A stretch of DNA of 64,000 bases, from NCBI GenBank assembly GCA_965248575.1, contig CBDFJQ010000002.1, forward strand, positions 4,448,001 through 4,512,000. The letters are read 5' to 3'. Positions within the stretch are counted from its first letter, which is position 1, and every line of letters begins with the position of its first letter. Positions 55,466-64,000 of the stretch are shown here, piece after piece. Both the position numbers and the translations under genes were made by a program. Origin of the DNA: Planctomycetota bacterium. GTDB taxonomy: Bacteria; Planctomycetota; B15-G4. The notes under the pieces were generated by a model that saw only the letters and a list, made by a program, of their open reading frames with translations, had not been told where the DNA came from and searched no databases.

Positions 55466-56632
55466 ATGACGCGCGTTCCATCCCACGCCCTCGTGGCGCT
55501 GTTGTGTGCCGTCCTGTGCGTGCCTGCGTTCGCCCAGTCCTTGCTGGTGACGGAGATCCTCGATGCTGCGGGGGACGGCAACGGCGCGCTGCTCGACCGT
55601 GCGTTCGGCATCGCGGAGGGGCCGGACGGCTCGGTCTACGTCGTCGGCAATCAGAGCGACAACGTCTTTCGCATCGCGCCCGACGGGACGACGACGGTGA
55701 TCCTCGATGCCACGGGCGACGGGCAAGGGAACCTCCTCGACCGCGCGGCGGCCGTGTTGGTGGACGCCCAGGGCCGGGTCTTCGTGTCCGGCGCGGCGAG
55801 CGACAACGTCTTCCGCGTCGACCCCGACGGCACGCGCACCGAACTCATCGACGGGACGGGCGACGGCCTGGGCAATCCGCTGGATAGCCCCAACTACCTG
55901 GCCCTTGACGCGCAGGGGAACCTCTACGTCTCGGCCTTCCAGAGCGACAACGCCTTCCGTGTCGCACCGGACGGCACGGTGACCGAGATCATCGACACGC
56001 TGGGCGACGGGACGCACGCGCTCCTCTTCTGCCAGGGCATGGCAGTCGATGGGTCGGGGAACGCCTACGTGGCGGGTGTCGGCTCGAACAACGTCTTCCG
56101 CATCGACCCCAAGGGAGCCGTCACGCAGATCATGGACGTCACCGGCGACGGCCGCGGCGCGCGGCTCGTCTCGCCGCGGGCGTTGGGGGCGGATCGCTTC
56201 GGCAACCTGTTCGTGGCCGCCTCGTCGAGCAGCAACGTCTTCCGCATCGCGGTGGACGGGACGATCAAGCTGCTCCTGGGCTTCGGGGGACCAGGCGACC
56301 CGTTGCCGTTCAGCGCGCCCTACGAGATTGCGGTGACGGCGAACGGTACCGTCGCGGTCCCCGGCAACAGCAGCGACAACGTCGTGCTCATCCGGCCGGG
56401 AGGCGCTGCCGTCGAGATCCTCGACGCGAGCGGAGACGGGCAGGGCAACGTGCTCGACGGTCCCGTCGGTGGCATCGCCTTCGGCCGTGACGGCACGGTC
56501 TACGCCACGGGCGGCGACAGCGACAACGCCTTCTCGATCCGACCTGGGACGGGCTTGTCCGTGCCGGTGCGCAGTCCCGACCCAGCGGCCTTTCTTCCGG
56601 CGTGGCTCACGCCTTGGCTGCCCGGACTCTGA
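55466..56632 (+). CDS. secreted NHL/SBBP-like beta-propeller repeat protein
   Basis: GGAGA RBS; signal peptide ending AFA-Q; about 7 repeats of ~48 aa, EI(L/I)D.TGDG.GN.LD.P..(L/I)A.D..G..YV....SDNVFR(I/V).P.G. Confidence 0.85.
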   Translation: MTRVPSHALVALLCAVLCVPAFAQSLLVTEILDAAGDGNGALLDRAFGIAEGPDGSVYVVGNQSDNVFRIAPDGTTTVILDATGDGQGNLLDRAAAVLVDAQGRVFVSGAASDNVFRVDPDGTRTELIDGTGDGLGNPLDSPNYLALDAQGNLYVSAFQSDNAFRVAPDGTVTEIIDTLGDGTHALLFCQGMAVDGSGNAYVAGVGSNNVFRIDPKGAVTQIMDVTGDGRGARLVSPRALGADRFGNLFVAASSSSNVFRIAVDGTIKLLLGFGGPGDPLPFSAPYEIAVTANGTVAVPGNSSDNVVLIRPGGAAVEILDASGDGQGNVLDGPVGGIAFGRDGTVYATGGDSDNAFSIRPGTGLSVPVRSPDPAAFLPAWLTPWLPGL

Positions 56633-56762
56633 GGTCGAACGCGCTGACCTTCACCATGCCCTGATGGAGTCGGGGTAGGCCGGGCTTCAGCCGGGCACGG
56701 GTCAGGCCTCGTGGAAAGCACGCGCGACCAGCGACGCCCGTGTATCCGGTGGGGGACACGCC

Positions 56763-57551
56763 TCAGCTGCGCTTGGACTTCTGCTCGCAGAGTGCCACGA
56801 GTGCGTGAGTCCCTTGGACAGGCATGAACGGCCCAATGCTGGTCTTCACGTTGCGAGCCAGCAAGCACGACTCATCCTCAACACCCTGGAGCGCCCGGCC
56901 CAGATGGTGATAGAGCGCCTGATCGTCATCCCTCATGAAACTCAGGATGGCCGCACCCAGATGAACGGCCTGGTCGTCCGGGCGATGGGCCAGGGCCAAC
57001 TCGAGCGCAGCGTCGCGCGCTGCGCTCGTCCGCGGATTGAGATTGCGCCGACACTCGATCAGCCCCTCGAGCGTCCAGGCCAGATCGAAGGCCGCCAGAC
57101 CCAGAGCGCGGCGTGCCACGAGCTGACCTTCTTCCGGTGCGGACTCGAGCGCCCGTTGGGCAATCTGCACACGCCCCTCCAGCATCAGCACCAGGCTCTC
57201 GATCTCCTTGGTCTGCGGATCGTCTCCCCACGCCAGGTAGATCAATGCCCGACGCAGTGTTTCCATGTGGAAGAAGGTGTCCTGCCTGGCTTCGATCGCT
57301 TCGCTCGTGAGATCGACGACCGTGGAACGGTCGAAGAACCAATTGGTGTCGAAGGCGCTGTCCCCGAAGGGCAGGGACGGCACCTCACCTTCGGCAAAGG
57401 CAATGGGGTGACACAGGACCGGCGGCCCCCACAGGGCCGGGGCGGAAGCCGGGCTGCGGGCGGCTGCGCTGCCGGCAAGCCCCACATACAGGCCCATGAA
57501 GAGGGACAGGGACAGGGACAGGGTGCGCGCGAGGCATCGGGTCGAGAGCAT
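56763..57551 (-). CDS. secreted helical hypothetical protein (262 aa)
   Basis: AGGAG upstream of ATG 57551; signal peptide with LSLSLSL encoded by GGGACA x3; GPP.LCHP and ETLRRA..Y motifs; TPR-like end. Confidence 0.65.
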   Translation of the reverse strand: MLSTRCLARTLSLSLSLFMGLYVGLAGSAAARSPASAPALWGPPVLCHPIAFAEGEVPSLPFGDSAFDTNWFFDRSTVVDLTSEAIEARQDTFFHMETLRRALIYLAWGDDPQTKEIESLVLMLEGRVQIAQRALESAPEEGQLVARRALGLAAFDLAWTLEGLIECRRNLNPRTSAARDAALELALAHRPDDQAVHLGAAILSFMRDDDQALYHHLGRALQGVEDESCLLARNVKTSIGPFMPVQGTHALVALCEQKSKRS

Positions 57552-57981
57552 GATCATTCTCCTGGGATTTGGGCTCGAAGCCCGGACGTGCCCCCTGGCG
57601 TGGGAGCCTGCCCTCAGGAGTCCAACACACGCCTGACCGTGATCAGGGAAATCGAAAATCTGGGCGACAGTGCATGCGTGGCGCAAACTTCGTCCGGTAA
57701 GACCTGCTCGGCGGACGCTGTCGCGGCGCATGCATGGCGAGCCAGCTCGGTAGGAAGCGCAGCGCGTTCCCCTTCGTCAGAGCGACCTAGCTCACCGCCA
57801 TCGCCCGTCCTGCCCAAGACCGCTCGTATTGGGCCTGACAAGGCAATGACGGTTGCCGCATTTGGTCTCACAACACGCCAAAGACTGCGAAGGACCGTCG
57901 GCTGAGTTTGTGAGCAGAACGGGCTACGCTGCGTCCCGCAGCAGGGTCATGCACGCATGTCAGCTGCTCCGGGTCACACCG

Positions 57982-58911
57982 CTAGCGCAGTACGTCTGGA
58001 ACAGGGTTCGCGTGCGAGGCGCATTGAAGCCAGCCGTCATCGACGCGCCGATAGACTTCGGCGGCGCGTACGAGGAAGCTACCTCCGTTCGCTTCCGTGG
58101 CCCGAAGCAAGGCGAACACGAGCGCGGTCTCGCCGTAAATTTGGGCCTCGAACTCGATGATCGCTCCCCCGGCGACCCGTGCGGTCCATTCGTCCGTGGC
58201 GGGGATCACTGCGCCATCGCGGACCACGACCTTCGTGCTGGTCAGCTCAAATCCGACCCAGTCGTCCGTTCTGAGTTCGCTCAGCGCCTCGGCGTTCCCA
58301 ACACTCGTCAGGGCTAGTAGCGCCGCCTGGCGCAAGAGGGCCTGGTCTGCTTCAGAGGGCCTTCGGTTTACCCAGCTTTCGAGCGCATTTGCGGACGGTT
58401 CGGGCGGATCGTCGACCGCCAGGGGCCGCAGTCGGGGGAACGCTTCGAAGGCGGCTGCAGAGGGATAGCCGATCGAGTTGTCGGGCAAGACGCAGATGTT
58501 CGTGCCGCATTGATTCCAGCGTCCTCCTTCGCGCCGATAGATATCGATCGCGCGATAGAGAATCGTCTGCGCTTCCTCCCCTGTCCCGATGAAGTAGCGA
58601 GCGACGTAGGGCGCGACGGCGATGTCTTCGTAAACGCGCGGCACGATCTCGAGCATCTCATGCCTGCTACCTCTGCCGTCTGCCAAGGCGGCTTCCGCGT
58701 TTGACATGTACCCCTCGATCCCGCGGACGATGCTCAGGCTGCGACTCTGAAAACCTAGCCAATCCTGGGTATGACGCTCTTGGACTCCGATGCGATCCTT
58801 GGCGATGAATGCGCTGAAGATCGCATCGACGTGTGCAGCGATCGCTTCGCTGTCACTCTCCTGCTGCACGGGTGAGGTCGCGAAGAGAAGCAGCGCTACG
58901 AAACAGAACAT
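57982..58911 (-). CDS. exported tandem NTF2-like (DUF4440) domain protein
   Basis: Two repeats with DW.GF ... Y.(D/E).A(V/L) ... RA..(I/V)YRR..G.W.Q; hydrophobic N-terminus. Confidence 0.75.
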   Translation of the reverse strand: MFCFVALLLFATSPVQQESDSEAIAAHVDAIFSAFIAKDRIGVQERHTQDWLGFQSRSLSIVRGIEGYMSNAEAALADGRGSRHEMLEIVPRVYEDIAVAPYVARYFIGTGEEAQTILYRAIDIYRREGGRWNQCGTNICVLPDNSIGYPSAAAFEAFPRLRPLAVDDPPEPSANALESWVNRRPSEADQALLRQAALLALTSVGNAEALSELRTDDWVGFELTSTKVVVRDGAVIPATDEWTARVAGGAIIEFEAQIYGETALVFALLRATEANGGSFLVRAAEVYRRVDDGWLQCASHANPVPDVLR

Positions 58912-59481
58912 GAGATCACCAGTTCGTGTTGGTTGTGTCCCGTTGCCGACCTACTGCGAGAGAGGGTGCAACCGGGCGAGAACGCCTTGGAGACGTGAAC
59001 GAGATGTCTCACCCTAGCACTCGGCTGCAACACTTTTTCAGATGGTTCTATGGTCCCCGAGCCGTCATGCAGTCACCTCATGGTGCCTAATGCATGAAAG
59101 CGACACGAAGCGCAAGAATGCCACCGACGTGTTTCCGCTCAATGTGAAACGGAATCGCACTTCACCCAGATGCGTGATCCTGTTTGGCTGCTTCCTGCCA
59201 GTGAGACCGCTGCGTTTCAGTACACTCAAGGCGCGAGCTCGCCAAGCGGTGACGCCAAAGATTGCATTCGACGACGAACATCAACCCGCTAACTAAATGT
59301 CCTACGCACTGCTGACGCCGGCACGCAATGCCCACGACACACACCGTCGAGTCTCAGCGTCCAGACCCTGTCACTTGCCCGTTGCGCGGAACCTGATATT
59401 CCGACCGTCACGACTCAGGCTCCTGGGATCTCGCTGGACAAGCGCGAACGCTATTGATCAGGGCGTCTTGGCTCACGTGTC

Positions 59482-60108
59482 GTGATGCTCTTCGAAACCT
59501 GGATGGCGTTCACGTTGCTGGTAGCCGTCCTCGCGGTGTCTCCCGGCCCAAGTGTGCTCCTGGTGGTCTCACACGCCTTGCGGCATGGCTCGCTGCGAAC
59601 CACGGCAACGATTTGCGGAGATCTCACGGCAAATGTACTGCAAATGTTCGCTGCTTGGCTTGGCATAGCCAGCGTCCTCGCAGTCTGGCCCTCCGCGCTC
59701 GAAGCCGTTCAGTGGCTCGGAGTGGCCTATCTAACATGGGTCGGTGTCTCGAAGCTTGTCCGAGCATCACGTCGATCTGGAACGGACGATGTCCCCGCCG
59801 AGCTTGAGTTGCTCTCCCGTCGTCGACTCTTCATCGCCGGGTTCACAGTCTCGGCTCTGAACCCGAAAGCCGTGCTGTTCTTCGCGGGGCTCTTTCCAAG
59901 TTTCCTCGACCCTGATGCTGCCCAGTTGCCCCAATTGGCCGCGCTGGGCCTCACCTACGTTCTCCTTGATGGCACCGCACTCTTGGTCTACGCACTGCTC
60001 TCTTCACGACTGGCTAGGCACTTGGAGCACCACCGCAGTGCACTTGACCAACTCGCGGGTGCCCTGATCGTTGTCGCGGCCTGCATCATGGCAGCCAGGC
60101 AGCTCTAG
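59482..60108 (+). CDS. LysE/RhtB-family amino-acid exporter
   Basis: SPGPS.LLVV..AL..G, G..YL.W.G, F..GF....LNPKA.LFF..LFP.F; multiple transmembrane helices. Confidence 0.92.
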   Translation: MMLFETWMAFTLLVAVLAVSPGPSVLLVVSHALRHGSLRTTATICGDLTANVLQMFAAWLGIASVLAVWPSALEAVQWLGVAYLTWVGVSKLVRASRRSGTDDVPAELELLSRRRLFIAGFTVSALNPKAVLFFAGLFPSFLDPDAAQLPQLAALGLTYVLLDGTALLVYALLSSRLARHLEHHRSALDQLAGALIVVAACIMAARQL

Positions 60109-60150
60109 GCCTCCTCGCTTTGCGCCCGACGCGCCCCCTTGCTGCTCACC

Positions 60151-60591
60151 TCACCGCTGCCTGAAGAACCACGGGTACAGGAATCCGTTGGACACACCGA
60201 CGACACTGAACACGATGACGGAGCTCACCATGCTCCAAGCATAGAAGGGCTTCAGCGCCTCGACGTAGTGGTTCATGTAGACCGCGCCCACGCTGCAAAA
60301 AAACAGGCACATGATGAGGTAGCTCTTGAGACTGCGGACGATCATGGAGCCGCGCAGGCTTGGGTGCATCAGGTGAAAAACGCCAGTCGCAACAAACCAC
60401 ATGATGAAATTGTAGACGAGCGAAATCGAAAAATCTGCGGCGGTGAAGTTGTTGTCAAAGACCTCCGGGTAAAACGGCATGACCGCATGCATCGGCTCCA
60501 TGACTGTGGCGCCCTCGATCGCTCCGCCGACGCTGTAGCGAATGATATTGAGGGCGAGAGTGAGCGCAAACAGCCTTGCAATATTCCCCAC
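60151..60591 (-). CDS. small 4-TM membrane protein of unknown function
   Basis: GGAG before GTG; four hydrophobic segments; follows the SRPBCC lipoprotein on the same strand. Confidence 0.6.
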   Translation of the reverse strand: MGNIARLFALTLALNIIRYSVGGAIEGATVMEPMHAVMPFYPEVFDNNFTAADFSISLVYNFIMWFVATGVFHLMHPSLRGSMIVRSLKSYLIMCLFFCSVGAVYMNHYVEALKPFYAWSMVSSVIVFSVVGVSNGFLYPWFFRQR

Positions 60592-60623
60592 TTGACGACT
60601 CCGCGTGAGAGTTCGAGTGATAC

Positions 60624-61148
60624 CTAATTATCGTTTGACATGAACCAGACCTGAAGATCGGCGAGGACATGCTTCCAGCCGACAACGACATTCTGGTGCA
60701 GCCAGTCCCAGTCGACTCCATGCTGGTAGCCGCGGTGACTCACACTCAGAACACAGCCACCCTCCTTGGGCTTGGCGAGAATCTCGATCTCCAGGGGTGC
60801 GAACAGACGATGCCCGGGTTCGACCATGACGACATCGCCGATCAACACGCGTCGTGCACCAATCTCACGGATCACGCCGGTCCAAACATGGGAGGTCTTG
60901 TCCTCTCCGTACTGATCCCAGGTCACCGCCCAGGTCCCGCCGACTTCCTCGTCGACTCGGGAACGAGAGACCCCCCACCATTCGGCCAGGTCTTCCGCGC
61001 TGAGGAAGGCCGAAAGGGCACGCTCGGGCGAAGCCGGGATATCGACCGTCGTCACCACGTCGCGGCCAGCCGGTGCCATGCTTGTTGAGCGACATGCGGC
61101 AATCGTCACGAGGACCGTCAGAAGTGAAATGCTCTTGGAGAAGCCCAT
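60624..61148 (-). CDS. SRPBCC/AHSA1-like lipoprotein
   Basis: Lipobox IAAC; IPASPER...AF....L.EWW...GG.W.V.W...L.V.H.GY...GW...L..L. Confidence 0.8.
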   Translation of the reverse strand: MGFSKSISLLTVLVTIAACRSTSMAPAGRDVVTTVDIPASPERALSAFLSAEDLAEWWGVSRSRVDEEVGGTWAVTWDQYGEDKTSHVWTGVIREIGARRVLIGDVVMVEPGHRLFAPLEIEILAKPKEGGCVLSVSHRGYQHGVDWDWLHQNVVVGWKHVLADLQVWFMSNDN

Positions 61149-61329
61149 CGTTTGGTTCTCTTTGGATGCGGGTACATACCTAGGTAGAAGCTATTCCGCG
61201 ACCTCGCGGGACCTTCTAATCGTGGTCCTTGCGCACCAGGTCGGCGACGGCGACGGCCACGGCTTCTGCGAAGTCGTTACGGCGGTCCGCGGTCGCGAAC
61301 TGGCATGCGACAGGCCGGTAGTCCAACAG

Positions 61330-62061
61330 TCAACGGTCACCAGTCACTAGTGCAGGTGCTTTCTCGTCGAGCGCTCCACGGTAAGTCACGAATGGCCGCA
61401 GCTCGACGCGCAGCTCGCCGGAGCGGACGTCCGGTGCGGAGGCGACGATCTCCTCCAGTGTCTTCAAGTCTGCGCTGCGGAAGAGGAGCATGCCGCAAGG
61501 ATCTTTGCAGTCCAGGGGACCGCCCACTGCGAGATGACGGCCGCTCTCGCCATCGAGCTTGGCGAGGTGTCGTGCCAAGCGCGTCACAGCGGCGGCATGC
61601 GCGAAGCCCTGGCCGACACCAGCATGACCGCCGTTCTCACCAGGACCAACGAGGCCTATCGCGTACTGACCCAAGCTGGAGGGTTCGTAGGGCTTGCCGA
61701 GCGCACCCACAGTCATGTGCCAAGAGTTTGAGCGCATGACCATCAAACCCTCCGCGATATAGGGATCGGACGCAAAGGCGGCCGAGAGCTGTCTTGGCCC
61801 ATCAATCGCCATCACGATGATCCCTCGCAACGGGCGGGCGTTCTGCACTGGTCCAGCGAGCCTGTTGTGTCCGTCTGCGGCGAGCTGCCGTAGGTTCGCC
61901 ACGTGCAGCTCCTGCATCGACGCGATCTCGTCGGGCGAGTAGCTGGACGCGTCCTTCCCGGTCTCAAGGAAGATCAGCTCATACGTCGTCGCTGGGCTAG
62001 CCCTCTCGGGCATCGCTCCACATGCTGCGAGAGCCACGGCTGCCAGGATGGGAACTCTCAT
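61330..62061 (-). CDS. lipoprotein with tandem YciI-like domains
   Basis: Lipobox LAAC; H.ANL..L...G...LAGP...RGI.V.....DPYI.EG; degenerate second repeat GGPL...G.L.F.....A.PDV.SG.L. Confidence 0.75.
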   Translation of the reverse strand: MRVPILAAVALAACGAMPERASPATTYELIFLETGKDASSYSPDEIASMQELHVANLRQLAADGHNRLAGPVQNARPLRGIIVMAIDGPRQLSAAFASDPYIAEGLMVMRSNSWHMTVGALGKPYEPSSLGQYAIGLVGPGENGGHAGVGQGFAHAAAVTRLARHLAKLDGESGRHLAVGGPLDCKDPCGMLLFRSADLKTLEEIVASAPDVRSGELRVELRPFVTYRGALDEKAPALVTGDR

Positions 62062-62215
62062 CGGCCTATGAGATCCCCGCTTCTTTACCGATCGCGCGGC
62101 GGATCACGCTCCGCCGTTCCCCGTCACGTGCAGGCGCCGGAAGTCAGCGACACGCGCGGCATTCACCCGATCAGCCGACCAGCTCGGTGCCGTTGTGTGA
62201 GAGCTGTGCACCAGG

Positions 62216-63145
62216 CTACTCCTCTCCCGCGGCCAGGGGAGTGGGGCCGTAGTAGGTCGCGTCCTCAACGATCTTCCCGCCCCGGATCGTTAAGAACGCG
62301 GCAATCCTCAGCTCGCGGGCCTCGACCGCGTCGTTGTCATCGGTCCCAGTCCAAGACGCCGTGAACTCGATAGCAGCTCGATTGCGCTCGATCGCGATCG
62401 ATCGAATCGAATCGTGAACATCTGGCAGTCCCTGGAAGATGTCCGCGTAGATCTTGCGGACCACCTGCGCCCCCTTTCGGGGCGTGGGATGATCCGAATT
62501 GATATGCACGACATCAGGATGATCGTGGGCCATGACACCATCCAGGTCATGAGCGTTGAAGGCACTGAAGAGATCAGCCACGACTTCGCGCACCGGCGAT
62601 GATGTCGGTCCGTCTGACTCTGGTCGACGTTCTTTCCAGATCACGTTCACGATCTGCCACTCTCCCTCGATAAGGGCGACCTGACAGACGTCGATCAGTT
62701 GGGCGGAGACGACTTCAATCCCTGCCATGTCGCCGTGTCGCCAAAGAACGCGTGTTTCGATGTCCCAGTCTTTCCTGGGCATTCGGCCGTAGCCGAGACT
62801 CGCTCCCTCGACCATCCGCTCCTTGTCGGCGTCGATGAGCCGCACGACTCCTGTGCCAGGGTCCCGGAGCACGCCCCTCTTTGCGAGCCCGGCATGGAGG
62901 ACCTGATCCATCTTGATCGGATCGGCCCCGTACCAGGCTTCCAGCATCTGGGCACAGACCCGCTCTGCTTCCGGACACTCATCCAACGTCGCGGGTTCCT
63001 CTGAGGCCATGACCGAGTCCATGGCTGGGGCCACCGGGTTTGCTTCCGAGATGCTTGCGCATCCAAAGAGGAGGAGGGATCCAACCGCCACCCAGAGTCC
63101 GAGGTCGGCCGTCGTTCCAGCGGCTGTCCGCTGTGTCTTCGTCAT
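62216..63145 (-). CDS. lipoprotein with lumazine-binding/NTF2-like and SnoaL-like domains (309 aa)
   Basis: Lipobox-like LFGC; M..VLH..LAKRG ... GEWQIVNVIW (Lumazine_bd_2-like); AFNAHDLDG......PD....G......IF...PD...GKIV (SnoaL). Confidence 0.75.
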   Translation of the reverse strand: MTKTQRTAAGTTADLGLWVAVGSLLLFGCASISEANPVAPAMDSVMASEEPATLDECPEAERVCAQMLEAWYGADPIKMDQVLHAGLAKRGVLRDPGTGVVRLIDADKERMVEGASLGYGRMPRKDWDIETRVLWRHGDMAGIEVVSAQLIDVCQVALIEGEWQIVNVIWKERRPESDGPTSSPVREVVADLFSAFNAHDLDGVMAHDHPDVVHINSDHPTPRKGAQVVRKIYADIFQGLPDVHDSIRSIAIERNRAAIEFTASWTGTDDNDAVEARELRIAAFLTIRGGKIVEDATYYGPTPLAAGEE

Positions 63146-63596
63146 GTCCGGAACTCTCTTGATTGGTCTCGTGGATGGAAGTGCCTCGGTCGTGACGATC
63201 TTCACCACGGCTTAATCAAGACCCTGCGACGCCCGTATGTCAAGCAGGCAGGATGTGGTGTGAAAGGCACCATGCGGTAACTATTGAAGACATACACCAC
63301 GAGGCGGGATGCTCTTGAGAGAAGTTCTTTCCGGTAATCTCTGTCTTGTCCGACGCCACGAAACCGTCGTCAAGAAACCGCAAGAGATCTTGTCGTTCTA
63401 TCGGGACGTCATTCATTGTGAGCGACGGGTGGACAGCAAGACGCGACCGCGTCGACGCATCCACATGGCCCGCTCGGCTGCCTCCAGTTCCGATTCGGAA
63501 GTTGGTGTGATGTCGGCGGGCGAGCAACCAATCCTTGTCACACTTTGACTTATTCAGCACGACCTCAAGAAGGCGGTCACGAAGGGCCCATCAACC

Positions 63597-64000
63597 ATGT
63601 CGTCACTCGATCTCCCGACCGACGAGACCATCCGTCTACTTGAGCGACACCTGCCCGACACCCCGGTGCGGATCCTGGAGGTCGGCGCCGGGGAAGGTCG
63701 GCTCGCGGTAGCGCTCGCTGCTCGTGGGCATGATGTGGTCGCGCTCGACTCGGACCCGGCTGCCGTCAAAGCAGCGCGTCTTCGTGGAGCTGACGCACGC
63801 TACGCGTCTTGGCCGGAGCATGATGTCCACACAACATTCGACGTCGTCTTGTTCACGCGGTCGCTGCACCACATGGAATCAGTTGGAGCCGCGCTTGACG
63901 CTGTGCGAGAGGTCCTCGCACCGGGCGGGTGGATCGCCGTCGAAGACCTGGCATGGGAAGAGGTCGATGCCAAGAGCGCGACTCTCACTGCGCGGCTCGT
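63597..64000 (+). CDS. class I SAM-dependent methyltransferase, 3'-truncated at window edge
   Basis: ATG 63597 MSSLDLPTDETIRLLERHLP..PVRILEVGAGEG (motif I), VVALD, FDVVLFTRSLHH, LAPGGWI; open to the window end, so absent from the ORF track. Confidence 0.9.
   Translation, partial: MSSLDLPTDETIRLLERHLPDTPVRILEVGAGEGRLAVALAARGHDVVALDSDPAAVKAARLRGADARYASWPEHDVHTTFDVVLFTRSLHHMESVGAALDAVREVLAPGGWIAVEDLAWEEVDAKSATLTARL

Noticed and set aside
57503..57523. GGGACA x3 microsatellite
   Set aside because: In-frame hexamer encoding LSLSLS in a signal peptide; too short to suggest phase variation.
59020..59460. Possible attC sites or small ORFs in a long spacer
   Set aside because: No paired RYYYAAC/GTTRRRY boxes with a convincing hairpin, flanking genes are divergent, and no integrase is present.
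61225..61290. VGDGDGHGFCEVV, resembling a decayed FG-GAP motif
   Set aside because: Too short and degenerate to distinguish from chance.
63240..63590. Short ORFs in an atypical spacer, possibly a decayed gene
   Set aside because: No recognisable motif or RBS; cannot be supported without a search.

Overview
GC-rich (roughly 65-70% by eye) bacterial accessory region with no rRNA, intact tRNA, CRISPR array or core housekeeping operon. The gene content (an ECF sigma factor coupled to a Ser/Thr kinase, many FG-GAP, HAF and beta-helix exported proteins, many starts without a Shine-Dalgarno) suggests Planctomycetota; this is an inference. About 40 CDSs, mostly secreted or lipoproteins, are interleaved with lower-GC segments (SRPBCC-ArsR modules, hydrolases, NTF2-fold proteins) and gene, IS and tRNA relics. 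Main observations: (1) a ~122-aa C-terminal domain of near-constant length is fused to unrelated secreted passengers (HAF propeller, metzincin, FG-GAP protein, BNR/sialidase-like protein), with divergent versions on three more proteins and two broken copies, which makes it a candidate undescribed sorting/anchoring module; (2) a single-domain bacterial homolog of the diatom cadmium/zeta-class carbonic anhydrase CDCA1 is transcribed divergently from a GH18 that resembles fungal enzymes; (3) a phage-tailspike-like beta-helix protein carries a signal peptide; (4) a TlpA-like gene is split by one in-frame TGA; (5) a degenerate tRNA 3' half and two IS3 scraps are present. All family calls come from motif recognition by eye; no database searches were run.
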